Virus record (IMG/VR): IMGVR_UViG_3300028920_000057
Coordinates: 24,897-88,896 of that record
Strand: one strand, 5' to 3'
Origin: a virus
DNA length: 64,000 bases
The translations under genes and the position numbers were made by a program. The notes beneath the pieces are model-generated. The model did no database searches. It was not told the origin of the DNA and saw only the letters and a list, made by a program, of their open reading frames with translations. Of the stretch, positions 10,163-21,500 are shown piece by piece; position 1 is the stretch's first letter, and the number at the start of each line of letters is the position of its first letter.

Positions 10163-13100
10163 CTATAAGTTTGTTGTTATTTGTTCTCTTGCTTCTTCAA
10201 TTGCACGGGCAGTCTCTTCGGTACGCTTAATGAATCTAACGGTACCACGCCGCAGTGATAGCCAGAAATTACTAAAACCGAGCTTAAAGTCACGCTTTAA
10301 TATATCGTCAGCCTGTTGATTTGTCCAGTCGTTCTTTTCCCAGCCATCCAATCCGGCAACAAGAGGCTCTCCTTTATATCTCATAGGATGAATCCTGCAA
10401 GGATTTCGTCGAGACAGCCCCTTGCTATCAATCCCGGCCCATCCAAACGCAGTCGACGTATGCCCCACGGCCGATATTGTAGGAAATGGGATTCCCAAAA
10501 ACGAAGAGGTCGTACCCCCACGAGCCTTGGCGGACGCATATTGTGTCGCAGAAATCGTGGCTCCCGCAGCGATCATGGCAAAACCTAGTCCATACAGCGT
10601 AAATAAACCTGGGGATGCCAATACCGCAATAGCTCCGACGCCCCACCATGCAAGTTCTGCTACCGATTGCTCAATCACCCTTTGCGATTCCATATCTTCA
10701 TTGGCAAAAGATATTAAGTGAGGAGTGATCGTTGTCGTAAACCCTGTCTGATTATTATATAAATGGACAACCCTCTTTACCTCAAAGTTTCCTCTAAGGT
10801 CCCGCACGCTATCTTCTAAAGTCACAATATCATAGGGATTTACCTCGGGCTTACCCAGGGTAGTAACGTTGCCCTGATACATCTCTCTGAGATAATCTGC
10901 TAGATATCCATGTCCAACCTGTGCAACCTTAGCTTCAAACCATGCTGATTCAGCCGCATTTCTGTCAAAAGCCGTAACAGGGATATCGTCTTGCAGTAAA
11001 GGAGAAAACGCAACAACGTGACGAACCATGTCTCCTGCACCCAGAGAGCTTTCTGGGCTTGCGGCCGCACTCCCAGTATTGGGAGTCCATAGAGTAACAC
11101 TGTTTGCCATATGGGCCTTACTCGCTATGATATCGTCGGATATAATATCCATGTCCGTTATAATGTGAGTGTCTCTGAATGGCTTGCGGTTTGGAGGAAT
11201 TCTTAAAACAGATTTGTCGATACCGACACTCATCTGCTCTCCTCTTGTAGGCATGTTTTTATTACGTATCTTTGTAGCACTCCTGGCTAAGACAGAAAGG
11301 TAGGTCTTTATAAAATCGTCCCCCAAAGCTATTTTTCTTGGTGCATAGATCGGCTGACTTGCCATAGGGTCTGAATCGTCATAGCCCACCTGTTCGCTTA
11401 GAAAACTAAACGCATAAAACTTCTTTGCTGTTTCCTGAAGTTTTGCCTTTATTCCGCCCCTGCCGAGACCAACTATTAAAGACCTAAGACTTATATAGCC
11501 TACATATTCAATTTTATCTGTTGCAAGAAATGCAAAATATAAGATTGGAAAATCTAAGCCCGCAGGAACAAGTTTTTCTACATGCGGTAATGTAGAAACT
11601 TTACTGATAAGGCTTTCGAATATCTGTGAAACAAGGAATCCTGTACCTGCAGTTACTTTTAATACTTTAGATATATTTACACCTATTTCTTCTGCCGTAT
11701 AATTAAATCTGCCTCCAGGGATCTTCACGTTCTCAGGTTTAGACAGAAAGTTTATAAGCGCGGAACTGAATGGAAGATTTCTTTCCTGTATGCTTTGTAC
11801 AAAATCGTTGTAGTCAACCGATGAGATTATCTGAACCCCTGTTGCTTCGGAGTTCGGGATGTCTATCCAATTACCGCTAGAAGGTTTTTTGAGTTTGACA
11901 AAAGCCCTTAGTGCTTCCAGATAATCGGCATTCCATATGTTTTTATGTTTTTGAAGCTTGTCTAATGCTGTAAAAATAGTTTGCCCATACTCTGACTCTC
12001 GGTCAACATCTTTTAGATCTACGTTAATTAGCTCAACCAAATTCGAGTTTCGAATCTCTTTCATGTCTGCAGAGATGGCGGCTTCTCTATAGAATACATC
12101 GTTAAACACTTTATGTACACCTGTATTTTTAAGTACGGTTATAATTTCATCTGTATTTCTTATATCGCTGTATTCCAGAAAACCTCCTGGCAAATAACTT
12201 GGGTAGTCACCATACTCATCGTCGCTAATCGTATGTACATACCGTGTCTTAAAACTAATAAGGTCTCCACGGGCAAACATGCGCCATAAACGAAGGAAGC
12301 AACGAGAGATATCTATCGGACTAAGATCTGTGGCTCCATTATAAACTAAATCGTTAGAACGGGCGATTTTTTCTCTTGTTGTATATGCGAATTTTATCTC
12401 TGTCTTTGTGCCGCTGATATCGTTATCTTCCGGCTTGCCGTCAAACGCAGGCAATCCTCGTCCCGGATAATAGTAGGTATCTCGTGCAATAATATTGCTT
12501 TCGCTAGGATTGTATTGTATATTATTGAGCCGATTATACATAACCATGTCTTGCGTCACATTGGATGTACAGATATAAACACCATCTTTAGGACCGAAAT
12601 ATAGAGTAGCCCTCTCATCATAGGGCTTAATCGCGATGGCATAGCCTGGAATATATCTTCTCATACTATAGATATTATCAAGGATAGGGCCGTTACAATA
12701 CCATTTTGATCCTTGTACAAGATTGAATGGATTCAATAGATTAGGAGAAGTGCCATGGTTTGGAAGGTTGTATAAATTATCGTTACATGTATCATTCATA
12801 CCAAGCCATTCTTCAGCTCGGAACCACCCCTTGGCAGTCACGTAATCGGGAGATTTACTTTTGGACTTCTCATGAGCATCAGCTGTTGTCCAATTTGCAG
12901 AATATTGATAGGGCTCCCACTTACCAAGATGTTCGGCATAATGAAGCATGTCCGTAATAATTGTGGGAAATGCGTTAAATGCGCCAGTCCAACTTTCTTC
13001 AAGATGACGCATAAGCTGATAATCATAGCCCTGAGCAACAAGTCGAATTATCTTACCAGGCTGAACTTCCGCTACTTGCCCCGTAAATATAATCGGGTTC

Positions 13101-16100
13101 TCATCATCAACAGAAGAATACCCCGCACGAATTTGAATCCTTACTCCCGGCTTCAATCTAAAGGAAACGATATCTCCAATAGCGGTTTCGGATAATTCTC
13201 CAGATTCTATCACCCGCCCTTTTTGGCCAAGCCTGTACTTGCCTTTGGAAACTAGGGTTGTCGTAACCTCTTCTCCTTCAATAACGTCTCTTGGATCTAT
13301 CTTTAATTTGCGATAATCTGGCTGATTCGTTAAAACGCCAGAGAAGTTAGTCAGTTCAACCGTGGCCCCAGAAACAGATTCTTTCTCGTGCATAACTGCT
13401 ACAGAGATGATTGAATCATAATTATAAAGCTTGGACCAGTTTTGGAATACAGCCTGATTTTCCTGCAGGAAGTATAATTGAACAGTAGGAAAAGCCTTGC
13501 GTATATCGTATACACGATTACTTTTATTCATCTGTCTTAGACGAACTATGTCTGGCGTATATGTGCTGTTAAACACATCTACTAAATTTCTTCCTTTGTC
13601 CTTTTTAGGGTTAATAATTTTCTCTACTTCTTTTTGTCCTTTGTCTTTATCTTCTTTAGACTTAATTCCGATACTATGGTTTTGTAAATCGGGATCTTCC
13701 TTTATTAAATTGCGAACTTCCTTTTGCCTTTTCTTTCTATATTCCGCTATTGTCTCTGCAGATTTAACAGCTTGCTTTTTAGTTATCTTGTCTACCTTAA
13801 TAGATCTTTCCTTATTAGCATCTCTCTTTGTGCTTATAAAAATGCCATGTTGCGGGATTTCTTTTGCATCATGCCTTGAGTTTTCGTAGTTCTCCCGAAA
13901 AAGTTGCACTGGCATAACCGGCTTATTATGATTGACTTTTTTACTCGGCTTTATAGATATATCGGGCTTCTGTTTCCCCGCCACGCCATACGGGACATAG
14001 TATTGCCAGCCCGGTTCAACAAGATTGTTGCCACTACGTGCTACCCCCTCTTTGTTTCTAACACCAAATTTGTTTATAGGAGGCATAACTCCAAGCTGTG
14101 CATATGTAGGTAAATTCTCAATCTCTGTAAAGATATTCTTACGATTAATGCGGGGTATTTCCCCAAATTCTTCTAGAGAAGAGGCAAGCGCTTCGCTGGC
14201 TGCAGTTATATTGTCAAGCCTTTTCTGAGCCCTGGTTCTTTTATCTCCTGTAAAAACCTTATTGTTCGCAAGCTCATCATTGAGAACCTCTACTCTCTTA
14301 TCTATATTGTTGATTGAACTTTTGATATTCCGTATAATGTCATCTCTATTTTTATGGATGAGGCTAATAAAGGCTGCAGATTCATCTCCCAACCTTAAAA
14401 CAGAACGCAGTTTATTTGATTCGGATGTTAATATAGAATCTCCAATCCTTAACGAAGCAGTATATAACGCCTGTGCTTCAGTCAGCATATTCAGAACATT
14501 AACTCCTGGATGCCCCAATTGGCCATAAACATCGTTATAAGTCGGAAGATTAAGATCTGCATGAGCAGTTTGACGCAACTTGACTTTCTTATACAGCTCT
14601 TGGATAATAGGATCGTCCGGGGCTGTTACGGCAAATATCGCAGATAAAAGCTCTTTATATGCATCTATCCTCAACGCGCTTTCGATCATAGTACGCACGG
14701 CCTTCTGCACATTTGCGTCTTCCCTATTCTTATACAGTAAACCAGAAAGCTCATAAATACAATATGCGAGGAAATTACCAGAGGTGAAGCGCTGGCGAGA
14801 TCTTGCCTGCTTAATTTGTGCGGCTCGGAATAGAGATCCGAAGACTCTTGTGACTAACCATCCTGTCGGAAACGATACGTCTTCTTCATTATAAAACGCT
14901 ATGCGATCATTAATGAACAGCGACTCCAATCCTTCTGTTCGATATCTTCCCATAAGCCCCATCTGTTTACGAGATATGTTCGGATTTAGATCGGTTTTCT
15001 TAATAAGGTCATTTAAAGAATCTTGAGTAAGAGAAATGAAGTTGATACCTTGGGCAACCCACAAAGAACCTTTTTTTTCTATAATTCTGAATATAGTAGC
15101 ATAACCATGAGGGTCTACGCTAAACCATTTCTTTGCATTGGAAGGGACAGAACTCGGTGAGACCTGAATAATCCCGGCGAATTGCATCGCCCTCATATAT
15201 GCATTCCATGCAACACGATCTTCATTCGATGAAAAAACATTGAATTCATTAATTATCTTGAATATAGGACAGTTCTCTTTAATAGCAAATTTATACGGAT
15301 ATCTTCTTCGATTAGTGTCGGTTAAACTTGGATCATCCAAATTGTCAAACTTGGCCAGAATATCATGCCCTTTACCCACTGCGACATTAGTACTCTTCTT
15401 ATATGCTCTTTCAAAGAACGGAGTATATGCAATTTTATCTGGTACGTTCCTATTGGCTATCAGAAACTCATCGTCTTCATCCGGGTTTGTATATTGCAAT
15501 AGAATAGGAATTTCTTTAATCTTGTCTGCGTCTTCTGCTTCTGTGAAGAATTTGTTGGGGCCTATCAACATACGCCATATACGAGTAGACACTGCCGTAT
15601 GTTGTATTTTCCTATTAAACAAAACCTCCATTAGAGTATCTACTATATCATCTTGTTCCTGTTCGCTTGCCTCAAATACATTGGGTAGTGCAACCAAATC
15701 AAGATTTTCATTATGAGAATCCATATAACCAGATTCTATCATGTCAAATGTAACAAGAAACCATCCTGGACTACCTTGCTTGTCTGCTATTTTGATAGAC
15801 TGCAAAATAAATTGTTTGTTCCCAAAGATATTCGTAACGGGACTTATAACCTGGACCTTTGTAGGAAATATTTCATGAAAGGTAGATCTTGCAACCTCTT
15901 GCATAAGCTTGTCTACTTTACGAATCTCTGTTATTGAATCCAGATTGTTTGTACTTAAAGTGATAGATGCAAATGAGTTTCCCTTGCCCGCATATTGACA
16001 AGTTGGTATCTCGGACGCTTGCAGAGGTATTGTTTGTATATTGTTTGCTATGCTATAATTAATTGATTCGACATGTACGTTATATATGTTATCGAGATTT

Positions 16101-18568
16101 GTGTCGTTGCCCCTTGAATAAGGATACATTTTCAGCTGTATATTTTGTGTTGTTTTAGTATAAGAAAGGTTTTCTATATCCTTTTGTGTCAGATAAGCAA
16201 GGATCGGATAGGTATACGAGAATATGAGAGGCGCGTCCTTTTCTCCCAAGGCATTGTATGGTGCAATCCTCTCTCTGATGTTCGCAGATTCATCTAAATA
16301 CGTTTTGTCTATCCAATCTGTTACAACGGGAGTTCTGGCTAAATCTGATTCATATATATCATATTGTTTGTTAAGACCCGCAACTCCATAGCCCTCCTGA
16401 AATGCTCCCTCTATGGTTGCGATATACCCAAAGTTCGGAGCATACGGCATATAGTTGAAGAAAGAGAATCTCATTGTGGCATGTAAAGCTTCGGGGGCAT
16501 TGGGAACTGTAGATATACTTAATCCCTTAAATACCATCGGGACCCAGTTATCTATAAACTTTTTAGCAAGAACTTCAGTATGAGCTTTTGAAGTATATTT
16601 GAATGAATCCTGAAAATCAGCTTCATCCTTACGATCCTTTTCTGTCCTGTAAGATGCGAGGATGCTACGAATCTTTTCGAATTGTTGATCGTCATGAAAT
16701 CCCTTGGGGCTTGAAAGTCCTATTGTGGTTTCAATCGTTTCTAATCTACGCTTCATCTCTGCGAGAGTGACAGCGGATGCATGTACTGACTGAGAAGGGA
16801 CGGCGTCTATTCCTCGTACTACAGGAGACCACGAATCAGAACCTCCAAAATCGTTGAACTCAATAATGTTACGCCCTTTTGGGATCGTACTGAATGGGGC
16901 ATATATATAAATTGTATCATGGGGTTCTGTCCCGAACTTGGTAAAATCACTTGGACCCATCATGGCATTGAATTCATGTGCATATCCTGTCGTTTTACTT
17001 CTCGTAAGAGTATCAAAAGAAGCAAAACTGCTTGCAGATATATGTCGGGTCATAAAATAAAAGTGCTTGTTTACCATCTCATTAAAGCTTGCAGGCCTTA
17101 CAATCCTTAACTTTATAGTAAATATGTCGTCCTGATTTGCTATGCGGAATTTGTTTTCCAATTCGTAATACGGATACTGATTGGCTAACGCAGGATTGTG
17201 AGAAGTTTTACCTGCCCATCCCGCTAGACTTGCAGCATCCATTTTGTAGATTTCAAATGCCGACGTCTTTTTGATAGATCTAAATGCATTAGGGGGTAGA
17301 ACAAGATTGTCATCTCCTTGAGGGGTCGTTAACGCAACGCCGGTTTTGGGGTTAAAACCATTTGCATAAATATCGGGAAGAGCTTTGGCTGAGTTCCAAA
17401 CACCCGTTCCTGAAGCACTTGACGTTTTACCCGCTTCCAGATAAGGTTTATCTTTAATCCCCGCATTACCTGCGTTTGCAAGAGACATGGGAAACGCGAG
17501 GCCTTGCTGTGCCAATACTGCGTTTTGATTCTTTCCGTTAGCATATATCTCTGTCAAGGTTCGACCATATACTCCTTCGTCTCCCTTTTTAAGAGTGACA
17601 GCATCGTAGGGATCCCAGAAGTTTTTAGCCTGTATAGCATGGGTTTCCTCATAGGTAGTCGCACTCCTGTCGTACCATTCCTGTCCTGGCAAATTGTCGT
17701 GAGCAGTTTCGTAACAATCAATACCTACGATCCTTAGTTCTTCTCGGTTAGGAAGCCGGATGCTGTCTCCGTCTTTTATATCTGTTCCCGCAGCTTTGAG
17801 ACTTATCCCCTCTATTGCTGTCAAGCCTTTTCGAGACGCATCAAGTACCGTATCCGATATCCCATCACCATAAGATCCAATATCGTTGACGGCACATTTA
17901 ACAAACTGATCTACAAGCTTATCAACGGTAGGAGCTTCGTTTGGGCAATGCTTACCTGATAAGAAATTATATTTGTCTATAGCGATTTTATAGTATCTTT
18001 TGACTTCACTTATAACTTGTCTTGCGGCATATACGGGGTCCTTATCAATAAGCTCGTCTATGTATTGCCTTCCTGTCTTATCGACAGTCTTAGTAATAAC
18101 TTCGAGAACCGCTTGTAAACAAATATCTCTTGTTGCGGCATATACAAATTCTGGATAGAACAATTTGTCAACAATAGTCGATGTTAATAACAGGCCTGTC
18201 TGCCCCCTATTGACACCCAGGGCTTCCTTCCTTGTCTTTTCATATTGATCTTGTTCTGCCTGAAGTTGTGCGAGTTGTTCTTTGTTAAATAATGATTCAA
18301 TATAGATAGATGCGAGAAGATCGCTTTGAACATTAATAAATGGCATAGAATTATGTAGAGCAATAAGCGGCCTGAGTTTTGTGTTGATATCCCTTTCGTT
18401 AGGAAACACTACGCTGAATTGAATCTCAAACGCAGAAGATCCAGAAGGAATGGCCTGTGGCATTCCTCCCCGTATAGCCGGAATGATTGCATTCTTTTTA
18501 ATATCCGCAATTACCAGTGAATCTGGATCGACCGTAAGCTCTACATGCCCTATTCTTATATTTGCCAT
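10163..18568 (-). CDS. Giant baseplate hub/tail protein (2801 aa) with internal SNase (thermonuclease)-like domain
   Basis: Hub-like motifs LKPGVRIQIRAGYS...IFTGQVAEVQPG..IRLVAQG and MYQGNVTTLGKPEVNPYDIVTLED..RDLRGNFEVKRVVH....GFTTTITP. SNase motifs DGDSIRL, RIVGIDCYE, GVYGRTL, GLA, GVW. Hydrophobic segments near the C-terminus. Confidence 0.7.
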   Translation of the reverse strand: MANIRIGHVELTVDPDSLVIADIKKNAIIPAIRGGMPQAIPSGSSAFEIQFSVVFPNERDINTKLRPLIALHNSMPFINVQSDLLASIYIESLFNKEQLAQLQAEQDQYEKTRKEALGVNRGQTGLLLTSTIVDKLFYPEFVYAATRDICLQAVLEVITKTVDKTGRQYIDELIDKDPVYAARQVISEVKRYYKIAIDKYNFLSGKHCPNEAPTVDKLVDQFVKCAVNDIGSYGDGISDTVLDASRKGLTAIEGISLKAAGTDIKDGDSIRLPNREELRIVGIDCYETAHDNLPGQEWYDRSATTYEETHAIQAKNFWDPYDAVTLKKGDEGVYGRTLTEIYANGKNQNAVLAQQGLAFPMSLANAGNAGIKDKPYLEAGKTSSASGTGVWNSAKALPDIYANGFNPKTGVALTTPQGDDNLVLPPNAFRSIKKTSAFEIYKMDAASLAGWAGKTSHNPALANQYPYYELENKFRIANQDDIFTIKLRIVRPASFNEMVNKHFYFMTRHISASSFASFDTLTRSKTTGYAHEFNAMMGPSDFTKFGTEPHDTIYIYAPFSTIPKGRNIIEFNDFGGSDSWSPVVRGIDAVPSQSVHASAVTLAEMKRRLETIETTIGLSSPKGFHDDQQFEKIRSILASYRTEKDRKDEADFQDSFKYTSKAHTEVLAKKFIDNWVPMVFKGLSISTVPNAPEALHATMRFSFFNYMPYAPNFGYIATIEGAFQEGYGVAGLNKQYDIYESDLARTPVVTDWIDKTYLDESANIRERIAPYNALGEKDAPLIFSYTYPILAYLTQKDIENLSYTKTTQNIQLKMYPYSRGNDTNLDNIYNVHVESINYSIANNIQTIPLQASEIPTCQYAGKGNSFASITLSTNNLDSITEIRKVDKLMQEVARSTFHEIFPTKVQVISPVTNIFGNKQFILQSIKIADKQGSPGWFLVTFDMIESGYMDSHNENLDLVALPNVFEASEQEQDDIVDTLMEVLFNRKIQHTAVSTRIWRMLIGPNKFFTEAEDADKIKEIPILLQYTNPDEDDEFLIANRNVPDKIAYTPFFERAYKKSTNVAVGKGHDILAKFDNLDDPSLTDTNRRRYPYKFAIKENCPIFKIINEFNVFSSNEDRVAWNAYMRAMQFAGIIQVSPSSVPSNAKKWFSVDPHGYATIFRIIEKKGSLWVAQGINFISLTQDSLNDLIKKTDLNPNISRKQMGLMGRYRTEGLESLFINDRIAFYNEEDVSFPTGWLVTRVFGSLFRAAQIKQARSRQRFTSGNFLAYCIYELSGLLYKNREDANVQKAVRTMIESALRIDAYKELLSAIFAVTAPDDPIIQELYKKVKLRQTAHADLNLPTYNDVYGQLGHPGVNVLNMLTEAQALYTASLRIGDSILTSESNKLRSVLRLGDESAAFISLIHKNRDDIIRNIKSSINNIDKRVEVLNDELANNKVFTGDKRTRAQKRLDNITAASEALASSLEEFGEIPRINRKNIFTEIENLPTYAQLGVMPPINKFGVRNKEGVARSGNNLVEPGWQYYVPYGVAGKQKPDISIKPSKKVNHNKPVMPVQLFRENYENSRHDAKEIPQHGIFISTKRDANKERSIKVDKITKKQAVKSAETIAEYRKKRQKEVRNLIKEDPDLQNHSIGIKSKEDKDKGQKEVEKIINPKKDKGRNLVDVFNSTYTPDIVRLRQMNKSNRVYDIRKAFPTVQLYFLQENQAVFQNWSKLYNYDSIISVAVMHEKESVSGATVELTNFSGVLTNQPDYRKLKIDPRDVIEGEEVTTTLVSKGKYRLGQKGRVIESGELSETAIGDIVSFRLKPGVRIQIRAGYSSVDDENPIIFTGQVAEVQPGKIIRLVAQGYDYQLMRHLEESWTGAFNAFPTIITDMLHYAEHLGKWEPYQYSANWTTADAHEKSKSKSPDYVTAKGWFRAEEWLGMNDTCNDNLYNLPNHGTSPNLLNPFNLVQGSKWYCNGPILDNIYSMRRYIPGYAIAIKPYDERATLYFGPKDGVYICTSNVTQDMVMYNRLNNIQYNPSESNIIARDTYYYPGRGLPAFDGKPEDNDISGTKTEIKFAYTTREKIARSNDLVYNGATDLSPIDISRCFLRLWRMFARGDLISFKTRYVHTISDDEYGDYPSYLPGGFLEYSDIRNTDEIITVLKNTGVHKVFNDVFYREAAISADMKEIRNSNLVELINVDLKDVDRESEYGQTIFTALDKLQKHKNIWNADYLEALRAFVKLKKPSSGNWIDIPNSEATGVQIISSVDYNDFVQSIQERNLPFSSALINFLSKPENVKIPGGRFNYTAEEIGVNISKVLKVTAGTGFLVSQIFESLISKVSTLPHVEKLVPAGLDFPILYFAFLATDKIEYVGYISLRSLIVGLGRGGIKAKLQETAKKFYAFSFLSEQVGYDDSDPMASQPIYAPRKIALGDDFIKTYLSVLARSATKIRNKNMPTRGEQMSVGIDKSVLRIPPNRKPFRDTHIITDMDIISDDIIASKAHMANSVTLWTPNTGSAAASPESSLGAGDMVRHVVAFSPLLQDDIPVTAFDRNAAESAWFEAKVAQVGHGYLADYLREMYQGNVTTLGKPEVNPYDIVTLEDSVRDLRGNFEVKRVVHLYNNQTGFTTTITPHLISFANEDMESQRVIEQSVAELAWWGVGAIAVLASPGLFTLYGLGFAMIAAGATISATQYASAKARGGTTSSFLGIPFPTISAVGHTSTAFGWAGIDSKGLSRRNPCRIHPMRYKGEPLVAGLDGWEKNDWTNQQADDILKRDFKLGFSNFWLSLRRGTVRFIKRTEETARAIEEAREQITTNL

Positions 18569-21500
18569 TAGAATCTTCCTGTATTCCTTTGATGATGACT
18601 ATACATAAAGTTAATATCGTTTGTCATATTGTCGTTGACGTTAACGCTTCCTGTCATGCCTGCCGTGTTCATCATATTTACTACGCCAGGAACATCCGAC
18701 GAGTAGCCATTAGCCACCATTCTGCTTCCTATTGCGCTCTGCTGATGCAGATAAGCGGGAGGAGCGGTTATGGCTCGCTGGGTCACTGAGGGATCTACTT
18801 CTTGGACGGGAGTTGGAGGCAGTAGTTCTCCTGTGTCTCCAAACATTCCTGCCATAGCAACCCCTCCAGCAAAAGCAACCAGTCCTGCAATAGCCCCCCG
18901 GCCTTCAGGGATTAGAGACCTAGATAGGATTGTGTTGATCAATTTACCTTCTTTTGCCTTACCGGCAGCTCTTGTTGTTGCCTCTAGAATCTTCTCTTGA
19001 GCATCTTTAGACGCTCTTCCCGACTCAACAGCCTTCTTCATAGAATCTCTGAACGCACTACGAGCCATATCGGGATCGGCCACTCCCACTCCTACGGCGG
19101 CCTGAACCGCATGCAATAGAGGAATACCTGCTTCTGGAGCTAAGTCGTCAAGCTTATGCTTAGCCAAATATTCTTGGGTTCTGTAGAATAATTCCGATAC
19201 ATACTCAGCACTTTCGCCTTTGGCCTGTTTGCTTGTAAGAACTCGCATGGTTTTAGCAAGAAGATCGGCACCAGATTCTATTTCTTTTAACTTGCCAGGA
19301 GTGTCTGCAGTTCTCTTTGCCAACACCTCTCTCAGTATATCGGCCATACCTCCAAAACGCTCGTCGTCCAGAAGGTACATATGTTCTTTACCTTTTGAGA
19401 CCTTTTCGGTTAATGACAAGAAAGCTTCGTTTGGCAAAGCCTGGTCTCCAATATCGAGCATAAACTTACCTTTATGCTCACTAAGAAGTTTTCCTAAATG
19501 AGTATTGACTCCTGCTAATTTAATGTCTTCATCAGTAATTCGACGCCCCAAAGAAGCTTTAAAGCTATCAATAAAATCTGTACGCTCTTGAGCTCCTAGA
19601 GTATGTCCTCTTTCCATCTTTTGCAGCAAAGCATACATACCCTTGGCACGCAAAGCGTTGTTTATAGCTTTGGTGTCCTTGAACTCACGAATCCTTGCCT
19701 CACTAAGCGTAAAGCTTAGAGCGTCATACAGACCGGGTAGCAATTCCTTCTTTTTTATACCGGTTTCAGTAACCCATCCGGCCGCTTCTCCGAAGAGAGC
19801 TCCTTGCTCCAGCGCTTCTCCGCTAACTGCGGCTAGGACTCTGGCTGATAAGTTGGACACCTTTCCGGTTTCCAGCCCATACTCCAGCTGTCCTTTAATA
19901 ATGCGCTCCCACTTATTATCTAAAGCGCCGAACTGTCTTCTATATGCCTGTTTGATTTTATGTAGTTGAGCATCTACTTTGGTCTTTGCCTTAATATTCT
20001 CTGGCCGCATTGGTTCGCCAGACTGTCTCATCTGCGCTCGAATCCTGTCTTCTTCAGCACTAACTCTATTTATGATTCTGGCCAGCTCATCTCTTTCAAC
20101 ATCGGCGCTCAGTTCTCTTACTGCTTTCAATGTCTGATAGCCTGTTGCATAATACTGAAGTTCTCCCAGCATCTCTTGCTGAGTGGCCTGAAACCCCTTG
20201 TCTACCAACCTTCTCATCGCGTTAGAAGCTGTGCGGCCTGTTGGGAGAAATGTCAAAGAGCCCATATCAAAGTCGAAGTCCCCTTTTGCCAGCTCGATAA
20301 GTAGTCCGCCTACAGCCGCCTTGCCCCTAGCTACTTGTGGATCCGATATAAGTCGTACTACCTGTTGGTTGGTTGTGCTTAGATCGGGCCACCTGCGATA
20401 GATACCAAAGGCTTTGTCGGTATCTTTCATGCCGGTACCACGCATGAACTCCTTCATGTCGTCAGGATTAATAAAGACGGTTGCCAAGTCTTCTGCAATT
20501 TGCCTCGCGCCCTTACTGCTCTTAAGCAGCTGTCGTAAATCTCCAGTATATTGTCCTGTTCTAAATTCATGAGCGATTTTATTAGCCAGCCTAAAAGCTC
20601 GAGTTCCCTTTTTGTGAACCGCTCCTATCTGCATAGGATGAACTATCGCGCCTTCCTCTTCAATCCAGAATGCCTTGGCGATTGATCCTCCTTTACCTCG
20701 CATGGCGTTTCCCATGGTGGATTTGAATTCGTTTTCAATAGTCTCAGTAAGAACCTGGGCATGGGCGATTCTCTCATCAAGAGACAAAGACTTGTCGGCC
20801 AGGCTTTCTGCAAACTCGACTGCCGCATTATATATCTTAGCTCTTGTCTTTAGAGCTGGCATACCAAAAGCTTTCTCATCAAGATTTCTCATAAGCTCTT
20901 CGTTGCTCGCAAAACCTATTCCTCTTTCAAACACCTGCTTTAATATCATCGCCCGTCGACCTGTCCAGAATTCGCTTCGGGTCATGATTGTGTCAAGAAA
21001 CTCATCAGTGAAATCAGCTCTATTTGAGAACTTCATTCTAAAGCCCATTGTTGCTGCATCTGTATCTTTAGGACGTCTGTGCCCTAATCTTTTGGAGGCG
21101 TCTTTGAACAACTCTCTCAGTGTTTCTGGAGAATCTTGATCTAAGGGATTTGACTTGACCTCGAAGAATTTAGATAACATGCGCGCCCCTCGCATCGTTT
21201 CATCCGAGGCCGCACCGACATCTATGTCTATAACTCTCCCCGCCTTTCTCATCACGTCTAAGTAGTCTCCCTGGAAGAACGGTAGCGCAGTATCAACCTG
21301 CATCATTGCACCACGTAGATACTTAGCGTTTGACCCTTTAATAATAGCCTCTCTAAGCTGGCTTTGGCGATAAACATATGCGGCCATACCACCTTCGCTG
21401 CCAAAAGCTCTCCCGGTAATCATAAGCTGATCTCGAAAGGTGGTTTTCATTGGACTAAAGGTTCCCATTGTAGCCTGTTCGCTCATCTCTGTCTGCCATA

